Virus record (IMG/VR): IMGVR_UViG_3300034146_000005 | Location: 1-45,020 of that record | Length of the DNA stretch: 45,020 nt | Strand: one strand, 5' to 3' | From: a virus | In this document: one piece after another, positions 7,189 through 14,402 of the stretch | Position numbering within the stretch: the first letter of the stretch is position 1 | Layout: every line of letters starts with the position of its first letter | Notes under the pieces: model-generated | The model's database searches: none | What the model was told of the DNA's origin: nothing | What the model saw: only the letters and a program-made list of their open reading frames with translations | Program-made: the position numbers and the translations under genes

Positions 7189-7386
7189 ATGTCCAAATGT
7201 CCGAACTGCAAGAAGCCGTTAGGCAATTGTGTAGGTACAAGCTCTCTATATGGATCACACGATATTGGTGATCTGTGTGAAGACTGTTGGCTGGAGGAGG
7301 AGGATCTAATAGACGAAGAGGGAACCAATTCTCCTGAATACAGTGAGAAGATAAAGGCTCGTCTCGCTCATTACAGATCGAGGTAA
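7189..7386 (+). CDS. Small Cys-rich (zinc-ribbon-like) protein with acidic tail (65 aa)
   Basis: CPNC...CEDC pairs. GAGGAGGAA SD 4-5 nt upstream. Confidence 0.6.
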   Translation: MSKCPNCKKPLGNCVGTSSLYGSHDIGDLCEDCWLEEEDLIDEEGTNSPEYSEKIKARLAHYRSR

Positions 7387-7416
7387 TCTCTCAACACACA
7401 TTGAAGGAACAGTTCA

Positions 7417-7602
7417 ATGATGAAACGCATTGCACTAACGAATGGCTGCTTCTTGTACATCAATCCACAATACGTGAGGAGTGTTATGGATGATGGATCA
7501 CATGAACGCGCCTGCATTGCTCAGCTTCATGATGGCTCTGAGATTCAAGTTGAAGGATCAGCTTGGGAACTCGTTCAGGTATTGGGAGGGAAAGATGCCT
7601 AA
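7417..7602 (+). CDS. Hypothetical protein (61 aa)
   Basis: ATG preceded by the CAACACACATTGAAGGAACA leader. Confidence 0.55.
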   Translation: MMKRIALTNGCFLYINPQYVRSVMDDGSHERACIAQLHDGSEIQVEGSAWELVQVLGGKDA

Positions 7603-7783
7603 GACACATGTCAAACTCTATCCACTCCAAGCCGCTGTGTTCTATACCAACGGCGAGGCCGTCACCCAAGCATGTGCAGATGAGAACGAAGCCAATCATT
7701 GGATAGACCGCATGATGGCTCGCCATGGACCTGCTATTATTGCATGTGATGTATTCCCTAATCTTGTAATTGTGGAGGTATGA
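7595..7783 (+). CDS. Hypothetical protein (62 aa)
   Basis: Track ORF 7481..7783 trimmed to the ATG at 7595 (MPKTHVKLY...), after GGGAGGGAAAG. 8-nt overlap with the upstream gene. Confidence 0.5.
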   Translation: MPKTHVKLYPLQAAVFYTNGEAVTQACADENEANHWIDRMMARHGPAIIACDVFPNLVIVEV

Positions 7784-7784
7784 G

Positions 7785-8096
7785 ATGGACAAGGAATGGA
7801 AAGAGAAGTGGGTTGCTGCTCTGAGGAGTGGTGAGTATAAGCAGATTCAAGGCTTCCTTCACACAGAAGGTGGCTTCTGTTGTCTTGGTGTGCTGACTGA
7901 TATTGTTGATCCACAGTGGCAGGAAAGCAGTCTCAATGTTCTTAGAGATAGCGAGTCGGGATCTATTGGCACTCTGCCATCACGTATCAGAAGAATTACA
8001 AATCTAGGCGACACATATGTGGACGAATTGACTGAGATGAACGATTCAGGCCACACCTTCGAGAAAATCGCAACATATGTTGAGGAGAATCTCTGA
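7785..8096 (+). CDS. Conserved-looking hypothetical phage protein (103 aa)
   Basis: Track TTG start replaced by the ATG at 7785, 6 nt after GGAGG. The pattern W..ALRSGEY.Q...L...GGFCCLGVL...MND.G.TF..IA looks like a recurrent phage family of unknown function. Confidence 0.6.
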   Translation: MDKEWKEKWVAALRSGEYKQIQGFLHTEGGFCCLGVLTDIVDPQWQESSLNVLRDSESGSIGTLPSRIRRITNLGDTYVDELTEMNDSGHTFEKIATYVEENL

Positions 8097-8347
8097 TGTT
8101 GTCTCGTCCTCTCTATGAAATAGCTCGTGAGATACGTGTTGATTGGTCAGCACAGACAAAGAATGGTCGTGTGCCGTCCGCTGCTGATACATATCTGAGA
8201 CCAATGGAAATTCTCACAGCTATCACTGACAACTATCATCTGGACAGTGCCAAGAGTGTTGTTCTCTATTTCCTTGCTAATGCAGAGACATGGAAAGGTG
8301 AAGTTGCAAGGCGTATCAAGGCTGAACTTAAGGAGATGGTGAAATGA
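8096..8347 (+). CDS. Hypothetical protein (83 aa)
   Basis: TGATG start/stop coupling with the upstream gene. Confidence 0.6.
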   Translation: MLSRPLYEIAREIRVDWSAQTKNGRVPSAADTYLRPMEILTAITDNYHLDSAKSVVLYFLANAETWKGEVARRIKAELKEMVK

Positions 8348-8469
8348 GAGAAACCAAGTGTCTTACATGTGGAGGCACTGGCAAAGTAGGTGCGCGCACA
8401 TGTTCAGTGTGTCGTGGACTCGGTAAGGCTGTGCAGAACCTCAGCAACAAAGTGAAGGAGATTGGATGA
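8344..8469 (+). CDS. 41-aa DnaJ-type zinc-finger micro-protein (CxxCxGxG x2)
   Basis: MRETKCLTCGGTGKVGARTCSVCRGLGKAVQNLSNKVKEIG. ATGA overlaps at both ends (8344-8347 and 8466-8469). Below the track size cutoff. Confidence 0.5.
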   Translation: MRETKCLTCGGTGKVGARTCSVCRGLGKAVQNLSNKVKEIG

Positions 8470-9014
8470 TGATTATTGATGAACAGTTCACTCAACATGT
8501 GTTGGCTCGTGCTTCTACTGAGTGGCACGGTGACAAAGTAGACTTCAATGACTTCACTGAGGCTCTCAAGGAGTTCATTGAAGCAGGCAATCGTCTTGAT
8601 CGTATCAAGAAGGCATTGTTCTATGGTCGTGACTTCGCTTGGGAGGCAGATGGAGTTGTATTGCCTACCGAAACACCCACTGTAGGAGGCTCTCCCAATG
8701 GCAATGCAATGACCCATGCTATCCTTGGCGTAGCGACCGAAGGAGTTGAGCTTTGTGAGGCTTTGTTGAAGGGTCTGACAGATCCAACTCATGTTGACAA
8801 GATCAATCTCGCTGAAGAGTTTGGTGATGTAGCATGGTATCGTGCTCTTGGGCTCTCAGTGCTTGATGAAACACATATCGAGAACATCAATCGCATCGAC
8901 AAGAAGCTCGAAGCACGCTTTGGTCCTGTTGATGTAGGATTCAGTGCTGATCGAGCCAACAATCGTGACTTGGACACCGAGCGTAAGGTACTTGAAGGAG
9001 GCAACAATGCGTGA
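8466..9014 (+). CDS. MazG-like nucleoside triphosphate pyrophosphohydrolase
   Basis: 182 aa. HAILGVATEGVEL...LAEEFGDVAWY...NI.KL..R matches the all-alpha NTP-PPase (MazG) EExGD..WY helix pattern. Confidence 0.65.
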   Translation: MMIIDEQFTQHVLARASTEWHGDKVDFNDFTEALKEFIEAGNRLDRIKKALFYGRDFAWEADGVVLPTETPTVGGSPNGNAMTHAILGVATEGVELCEALLKGLTDPTHVDKINLAEEFGDVAWYRALGLSVLDETHIENINRIDKKLEARFGPVDVGFSADRANNRDLDTERKVLEGGNNA

Positions 9015-9195
9015 CCTCAGAAATGCAAGTCAGAAGCAGCGTGATGCATACTTCACCAGAAAGCGTCCATCGAGTTTGTCCCATCCGTGGTTGCAGGATC
9101 TCAGGTCCGATTATGAAATAGACCGAGAGAGCGACCAACGAGAATATGAATACAGAAATCCTCGTGGTTTGAGCCGTGGTGAAGATGATTACTAG
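9007..9195 (+). CDS. Hypothetical protein (62 aa)
   Basis: Track ORF 8944..9195 trimmed to the ATG at 9007, 6 nt after GGAGG. Confidence 0.5.
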   Translation: MRDLRNASQKQRDAYFTRKRPSSLSHPWLQDLRSDYEIDRESDQREYEYRNPRGLSRGEDDY

Positions 9196-9205
9196 GAGAT
9201 AACAG

Positions 9206-9421
9206 ATGCCCAATGATCTATTCCGTATTGAAGTATTCCTCCGAGAACGAGGGACAGATACCAAGTTCAGGAAGTACACTTTCACTAGTAATCAGAACCT
9301 CTTAGTCCCTCATCAAGAGCGTCTTGAGAAGGAAGGATATGAGATCCTGTCTATCAAGATCATGGTGAACAAGGATGAAGAGGATGGAGGTACTCATGGC
9401 AATCGAGGGAGGTTCCAATGA
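9206..9421 (+). CDS. Hypothetical protein (71 aa)
   Basis: ATG ORF with an AGGAGA SD upstream. Confidence 0.6.
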   Translation: MPNDLFRIEVFLRERGTDTKFRKYTFTSNQNLLVPHQERLEKEGYEILSIKIMVNKDEEDGGTHGNRGRFQ

Positions 9422-9588
9422 ATGATAAGTATATGTTGTTCAAGGAGATTGCTCCAGCAGATGACTCTGCCAAGTGGGCTATACTTCGGTATGTAGAGGA
9501 CAAGAAGTATGAAACAGTTAATTGGTATTCATCAGAAAGTGAGGCTCGTCTCGCACATCATCTTCTCTTGTTCGATGGAGACGATTGA
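9418..9588 (+). CDS. Hypothetical protein (56 aa), not in the ORF track
   Basis: MNDKYMLFKEIAPADDSAKWAILRYVEDKKYETVNWYSSESEARLAHHLLLFDGDD. ATGA overlap upstream and TGATG overlap downstream fill an otherwise empty 165-bp gap. Confidence 0.5.
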   Translation: MNDKYMLFKEIAPADDSAKWAILRYVEDKKYETVNWYSSESEARLAHHLLLFDGDD

Positions 9589-9791
9589 TGCCATCCCGTA
9601 TCGCTCTGCCAACGAGAATACAAGGAGCACTTGAATATGCTGGCGGGGGGACTTGGAAGTTGTGGCTCCACACAAACGACTTTCATCTGGGAACTTTTCT
9701 GTTACTTAGGTCCGATGGTAGTGTATATCGCACTACTCTTCGTGCTGATGAAGGTGATGATGAAGTCTTAATCAAACCAAAGGAGGATTGA
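9588..9791 (+). CDS. Hypothetical protein (67 aa)
   Basis: ATG at 9588 preferred to the track's TTG at 9585. Confidence 0.55.
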   Translation: MPSRIALPTRIQGALEYAGGGTWKLWLHTNDFHLGTFLLLRSDGSVYRTTLRADEGDDEVLIKPKED

Positions 9792-9792
9792 C

Positions 9793-10164
9793 ATGGCACT
9801 ACATGATCCAAGTGAATGGAAAGACAGACGAGAAGGTGAGAGTCCTTCTGAATACTATCGCAGTATTATATCTGGTGCTACTGAACATCTCATTGGATTA
9901 TCAGGCAACAGTCATATGCCCATCATATATAGTAACAGCATAGTCAATGCCATCGGACGAAGAGTGGAGATAGTATCAGCCGCATGTCCCGACTGTGCTG
10001 CAACTGCATCTCTCATTGGTGTGATGGCTCATATCCTCGCTGTATGTGAGATGATAGAAGAGATATCCAAGAAGATTGACATGTCATTCGATCCCATCAT
10101 CTTCCTGAAGGGTTTCAGTGAAGAGATGATTACTGCATATGATAAGGATAAAGGCAATGCGTGA
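9793..10164 (+). CDS. Hypothetical protein (123 aa)
   Basis: ATG about 5 nt after AAGGAGGA. Confidence 0.65.
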   Translation: MALHDPSEWKDRREGESPSEYYRSIISGATEHLIGLSGNSHMPIIYSNSIVNAIGRRVEIVSAACPDCAATASLIGVMAHILAVCEMIEEISKKIDMSFDPIIFLKGFSEEMITAYDKDKGNA

Positions 10165-10360
10165 CACTATGCCACAGCCGGGGACGACAGACACCCGTGT
10201 CACTGAGAACATATCAACACGTCTAGCGAGAGAACTTCGTATTCGAGAAGAAGTAAGAGAAGCAACCAAACAAGCTATGCATCGTATCGTTATCGGCTGT
10301 TCCGTCGGGTGCGGTACTATCGGAGTTGTTGCTGGATACTTGTTGAGAGGATTTGTGTGA
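10157..10360 (+). CDS. Small protein with C-terminal TM segment (67 aa)
   Basis: Start ambiguous (10139 or 10157). C-terminal IVIGCSVGCGTIGVVAGYLL is hydrophobic. Confidence 0.5.
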   Translation: MRDTMPQPGTTDTRVTENISTRLARELRIREEVREATKQAMHRIVIGCSVGCGTIGVVAGYLLRGFV

Positions 10361-10533
10361 TGGACGTTCACAAGATAATCGACAAGATAGATGTCCAAGC
10401 AGAGTGTCTAGAACATTACGCTGAGCAGTCAGGATACTCCGCCAAACCTGTTCCTAGTGTGTTTCACTTTCAAGCAACTCACTTTCGAGATATAGCGAAA
10501 GAGCTTCGTGATGCCATTCCCAAATCAAGCTAG
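10360..10533 (+). CDS. Hypothetical protein (57 aa)
   Basis: TGATG coupling. Track ORF 10309..10533 trimmed to the ATG at 10360. Confidence 0.5.
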   Translation: MDVHKIIDKIDVQAECLEHYAEQSGYSAKPVPSVFHFQATHFRDIAKELRDAIPKSS

Positions 10534-10972
10534 AGATGTATTCCGATCTATAGATATGTCAGGAGGACCAGATGCGTGTTGGCCGTTCAAAGGTAAGACA
10601 AATGCTAAGGGTCGCCCGTACTTCACGGTATCGGGCAAAAAGCATCTTGCATATAGACTGGCTTACGAGCTCGTACACGGAGAGGGCACGCTTACGGATG
10701 AGCTTGCGCGTCATAACTGCGATAACGAAATCTGTTGTAATCCTCGTCACATCATCAAGGGTTCTCATCAAGAGAACATGAATGATATGAAACAGAGAGA
10801 GCGTCATGGACTTCCACACCACACTGTGAGAGCTATACGCAAACTCGCTGCCAAGCCTAATGGCCCAACACATGAAGAGATTGGAGAACTGTATGGTATT
10901 GGTAGGAGTACAGTGACAGAGATAGTGAACAGAACTAACTATGCACATGTGAAGGATAAAGAAGATGGATGA
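10511..10972 (+). CDS. HNH homing endonuclease (HNH_3-like)
   Basis: CWPFKGKTNAKGRPYF...ARHNCDNEICCNPRHIIKGSHQENMNDM is the classic H-N-H / CxxC pattern, with a C-terminal HTH-like EIGELYGIGRSTVTEIV. Start could also be 10556. Confidence 0.8.
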   Translation: MPFPNQARDVFRSIDMSGGPDACWPFKGKTNAKGRPYFTVSGKKHLAYRLAYELVHGEGTLTDELARHNCDNEICCNPRHIIKGSHQENMNDMKQRERHGLPHHTVRAIRKLAAKPNGPTHEEIGELYGIGRSTVTEIVNRTNYAHVKDKEDG

Positions 10973-11462
10973 AGAACAGAAGACGGCGGTGCGAGAGGAG
11001 AGCGAGCTGGAGGCATGGCTTGTCGAACAATTGGAGCAGTGGCCGACACGGGTTCATCCGGAGCGCACGACCAATATCGAATACCTGATGAAGGAAGCCG
11101 CCAAGCGCATCCGCTCCATGCCCCTCCCTGCGCCTACCGACCAATCAGCTACTCGGCTCGGCGAGCTATTGAGCGTGATCCACCGCGATGGCGGCCACTA
11201 CGTTCAAGAGCACGGCATCGACAAAGCCTATGAGGATGCGCTTCGTCTTTCCGCCGATCGCCTCCCTACTCTATCTACTGACGAGGAAGTGAAGCGGCTG
11301 CGGGAGGCGCTGGAACAGGCTCGCTCGGACCTGCTGGAGCAAATGGTCGTCGCTGGCGGACACTCACTCGCGCCGAGCGCTTACGAGAGAAGTGCGATGA
11401 TACGCCAGATTGACGCCGCCCTCTCCCCCACAGAGGACGCCTCAACAGGAGAAGAACAATGA
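10965..11462 (+). CDS. Hypothetical protein (165 aa), strongly GC-rich island
   Basis: Line 11281-11340 has 41/60 G+C versus 24/60 at 10741-10800. Helical, E/R/L-rich. Confidence 0.65.
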   Translation: MDEEQKTAVREESELEAWLVEQLEQWPTRVHPERTTNIEYLMKEAAKRIRSMPLPAPTDQSATRLGELLSVIHRDGGHYVQEHGIDKAYEDALRLSADRLPTLSTDEEVKRLREALEQARSDLLEQMVVAGGHSLAPSAYERSAMIRQIDAALSPTEDASTGEEQ

Positions 11463-11764
11463 AAGGTAAGACAATCATTCTCAAGACTGATGGAACTACT
11501 ACAGAAGCTGAATGGGACAAGCCATGCGGACTTGATTACTTGCAGGCTGCTGTAGATGGTTACATCGAGTTGGTTCCACATTTCAACAAGTATAAAGGAG
11601 AGGAGTGTGTAGTCTATTGTAATGAAGAAGGTAAGATGAATGATCTGCCAATGAATATCATAGCTTCTGACAAATGGTACGAAGCTCTCGGCTTCTATCC
11701 CGGAGATATTCTCGTTGGTGATGTAATCATCTTGACAGGTGATAGTGAGTTCTTGCAGTCCTAG
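11459..11764 (+). CDS. DUF3846-like protein (101 aa)
   Basis: The pattern L..LQAAVDGYIE.V......VVYCNEEGKMNDLP.N resembles the DUF3846 family common in phages and plasmids. ATGA coupling upstream. Confidence 0.5.
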   Translation: MKGKTIILKTDGTTTEAEWDKPCGLDYLQAAVDGYIELVPHFNKYKGEECVVYCNEEGKMNDLPMNIIASDKWYEALGFYPGDILVGDVIILTGDSEFLQS

Positions 11765-11818
11765 ATGTTGTGCCTGCCCCTGCCCCACCTACCATATGTA
11801 GGGGGTCCACATAGGGGG

Positions 11819-11847
11819 TTGACACAGGCTCCGGGATATGGTATTAA
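11819..11847 (+). promoter_or_regulatory. Class-II promoter GGGGGTTGACA-N17-(TGG)TATTAA
   Basis: gggggTTGACAcaggctccgggatatggTATTAA, 29 nt upstream of the ATG at 11876. Confidence 0.6.
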
Positions 11848-11875
11848 CAATCCTTAACACAAAGGGCAAACAGAC

Positions 11876-12214
11876 ATGGCAGATGCACTTGATGCGCTGA
11901 AGATTTCTTCTATCAGCATTGAACGGTCGTTGTATGCAAAGGATAAGCCTTTCATTGCAACAGTGAAGCTGGATAATAGCTGGAACAATACAGCTATCAC
12001 TGTGAAGATGGATGAGCAGGAAACTTTGTCCCTCATTTCTCTCATTGCACCCCGCATCCAAGCTGAAGTTGCGAAGCAGATGAGTAATCTATTGGAAGAG
12101 GCAACACGTCTTGCACTTCCTGCTGCACAGGCTCCAGCTATCGAAGCTTCACCACTCCCTCCCTCTCCTCCTGTAATGGAGCAAGAAGATGATCCGTTCG
12201 TCCCGCCGTTCTGA
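11876..12214 (+). CDS. Hypothetical protein (112 aa) with SSB-like acidic C-terminal tip
   Basis: Ends ...PPVMEQEDDPFVPPF*, an acidic stretch ending in PF as in bacterial SSB (DDDIPF) and the T7 gp2.5 acidic tail ending in Phe. Has its own promoter. Confidence 0.6.
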   Translation: MADALDALKISSISIERSLYAKDKPFIATVKLDNSWNNTAITVKMDEQETLSLISLIAPRIQAEVAKQMSNLLEEATRLALPAAQAPAIEASPLPPSPPVMEQEDDPFVPPF

Positions 12215-12325
12215 TTATCTACATGCTGAGTTCGACACCTACCCTGAACTCAATCCCAAACCTAAGTCCTACAGTGCATGGTGGCTAATAGCTACACATG
12301 TGTTGGCTCTTGCTTTGGGTGCCTA

Positions 12326-12354
12326 TTTGACTTAGGCGTGTGTATGTGGTAGGG
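12326..12354 (+). promoter_or_regulatory. Class-I early promoter TTGACTTAGGCGTGTGTATGTGG-TAGGGT
   Basis: TTGACT (12326-12331), N17 ending in TGG, TAGGGT (12349-12354). Near-duplicate of the promoter at 5307-5335. Confidence 0.65.
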
Positions 12355-12491
12355 TTTAGATAATGGGCGATACCTTTATGTCGCCCATTGGCTGTGGGAA
12401 GCGGTTATCCTAGGTGCCGTGCAAGCAGAGGGGTTGGTATCTCACGGAGGTACGCGAACCCCAACTTCTCAACACATGAAAGGAACAACTC

Positions 12492-12920
12492 ATGTTGCAG
12501 ATGCTACAGATCAAAGCTGCAATACAGAAATCATTCCAGAACATCGGTAAGAAGAATGGCTCGGCTCCTCCTGAGAGTGACAAGAACACTTTCAGTCAGG
12601 CATTCGAGCTATTCGTGTCTAAAGAACTCAAATCGATGGCTGAGAAGAGATACGATGCAGCTAAGAAGGCTGCTGTTGAGGCTGGTATCATTGATGAGAG
12701 CAAGTGTGTTGAGGGAATGGAAATCAACACATGGCAGAGTGAACACTTTGACGTTGCTCTCAAGCAGTCCTCTTCTTCTCAGACACTCGATAAGACTATG
12801 TTGAAGAACAATCTCATGCGAGAACTCAATATGAATGAGACACAGGTGAATGATCTTATCGAGCGTAGTAGTAAGCCTCGCAAGGGTGCTGTGAATATCA
12901 ACATCAGTTTGAAAGGGTAA
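12492..12920 (+). CDS. Hypothetical protein (142 aa)
   Basis: ATG preceded by the CAACACATGAAAGGAACA leader at the end of a ~130-nt structured 5' UTR. Confidence 0.7.
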   Translation: MLQMLQIKAAIQKSFQNIGKKNGSAPPESDKNTFSQAFELFVSKELKSMAEKRYDAAKKAAVEAGIIDESKCVEGMEINTWQSEHFDVALKQSSSSQTLDKTMLKNNLMRELNMNETQVNDLIERSSKPRKGAVNINISLKG

Positions 12921-12921
12921 T

Positions 12922-13128
12922 ATGTTCAAGAGCGAAGATATAGGCCGTCGTGTGATATACACTAAACGCAATGGTGAAGAGAGGACTGGAACAATCAGAG
13001 ACCTCGCCACTGTTAGCGCAACTAATCAAATGGTTGATGTAGACATAGAAGGCATGTCACGTGCTCGTTTCTATGTTCCATACGATAGCGTTAGATTCGC
13101 TCCCGAGGACGGTACTACTGAAGAGTAG
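12922..13128 (+). CDS. Hypothetical protein (68 aa)
   Basis: Starts 1 nt after the upstream stop. Confidence 0.6.
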   Translation: MFKSEDIGRRVIYTKRNGEERTGTIRDLATVSATNQMVDVDIEGMSRARFYVPYDSVRFAPEDGTTEE

Positions 13129-13355
13129 TGCTGTTGTGTGTTGAGGGCGAGACTGTTCCTCTCGTTGTGGGGACACATGTATTCCGTACCCTTTAGCCTC
13201 GACTGCGGAATACAACAACTTTTCAGCAAGTCCGGTTGCTGCGGGTTTGGGCATCCGAAAGTGAGACGCCCACTGTGAATAGCTCAACGCCTTAGGTGAA
13301 CAGCCTCACAACGATCTCAACCCGGAATAGGACAATCTAGTGGAGGAGGATCAAT

Positions 13356-13580
13356 GTGACGAGTGTCGCACCTAATGTACACGCAATCAGACCAAAACAG
13401 ATGAACCGACTATACAAGAAACAACGCTATACCGTCACATTCATACCAGCAACCAAAACATGGAAATGGGAAGTCACTGTTGAAGTAGTCACTCGATACA
13501 CTGAACGTGGAGAAAGTGATACACAGATCAAGGCGTTCCGTGCTGCGGAGCGTTTCATTGACCAGTATGTGAAAGGATGA
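13356..13580 (+). CDS. Hypothetical protein (74 aa)
   Basis: GTG start 6 nt after GGAGGAGGA. An alternative ATG lies at 13401. Confidence 0.5.
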   Translation: MTSVAPNVHAIRPKQMNRLYKKQRYTVTFIPATKTWKWEVTVEVVTRYTERGESDTQIKAFRAAERFIDQYVKG

Positions 13581-13583
13581 GAC

Positions 13584-13799
13584 ATGCTCACTGATAACGA
13601 AGTTCAGGATCGCTATCTGTATACATACAAAGGAAATGAATACTTCATTTCGAGCTGTGATAATGTGGAGTTGAAAGATCCCAGTACCGGTGAGTGGCTC
13701 CCGGCTGTAGTGTACTATCCAGCAGATGAAACTGATCCACGTAGTAAATGCGTTCGCACCCTTGAGGACTTCAAGTCCAAGTTCAAGCGTGTACTCTGA
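13584..13799 (+). CDS. Hypothetical protein (71 aa), possibly DUF1653-like
   Basis: YLYTYKGNEY....E..TGEWLPAVVYY......VRTLEDF loosely resembles the DUF1653 pattern. Confidence 0.5.
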   Translation: MLTDNEVQDRYLYTYKGNEYFISSCDNVELKDPSTGEWLPAVVYYPADETDPRSKCVRTLEDFKSKFKRVL

Positions 13800-14092
13800 T
13801 GCTTAGCTTTCCTCAAGACACGCCTATCACTCGTGCCTCGATCGGTGAACTGTCTACCGAACAACTTGAACAGCTTGTCACGCATATGCAAGAGCGTCGT
13901 ATGCGACAGTACACGGCTTATCAACTTGCTCAGGAAGCCAAGGCTAAGATCAAGGAAGAGAAGGATAAGGCTCGCTACGATAAGGTTCTGGATATGCTTG
14001 CTAAGAAGCTAGAAGTCAGTCACAAGGCTATCGAAGCTGCTAGTAAGTATGTGCAGGAACTTAAGGTTCTAGAACTCGTGTTGGGAGAATAG
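13799..14092 (+). CDS. Hypothetical coiled-coil protein (97 aa)
   Basis: TGATG coupling. K/E/A/L-rich heptad-like sequence. Confidence 0.6.
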   Translation: MLSFPQDTPITRASIGELSTEQLEQLVTHMQERRMRQYTAYQLAQEAKAKIKEEKDKARYDKVLDMLAKKLEVSHKAIEAASKYVQELKVLELVLGE

Positions 14093-14093
14093 A

Positions 14094-14402
14094 ATGCCTG
14101 ATGGTCCTATCATCATTCCCGGTGGAACCACTGAACACACCGGCGTTATGCGTGGTCGTGATGTACGAGAGCAACTTGCTAACACACTGCCAATCAAAGC
14201 TGTCAATGTGATTGCACAGATTGCAGAAATCAACCATACCAATGTCAAGGCTATTGCTGAACTTGCTACCATGCAGGAACAGATAGTATCTCTCGTTCAA
14301 CAGTTCGCTGATGTCGCTCAGAACATGAAAGATCGCAGTGAACAGATGATGCGAGCAACTGAACAACTCAAACAGAGTGGGGAGGGTAATGAGGACGCAT
14401 GA
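14094..14402 (+). CDS. Hypothetical coiled-coil protein (102 aa)
   Basis: Tightly packed ORF with a Q/E/A-rich helical C-terminal half. Confidence 0.6.
   Translation: MPDGPIIIPGGTTEHTGVMRGRDVREQLANTLPIKAVNVIAQIAEINHTNVKAIAELATMQEQIVSLVQQFADVAQNMKDRSEQMMRATEQLKQSGEGNEDA

Noticed and set aside
12388-12804. 138-aa plus-strand ORF starting in the long leader
   Set aside because: TTG start with no SD and an Arg/Cys/Ser-rich product. It overlaps the well-supported gene 12492..12920 out of frame.
12215-13355. tRNA or tmRNA-like genes in the larger noncoding gaps (also 4341-4771 and 6635-6918)
   Set aside because: By eye I found no cloverleaf-compatible arrangement and no GTTCRANYC T-loop. tRNAscan-SE or ARAGORN should still be run to confirm.
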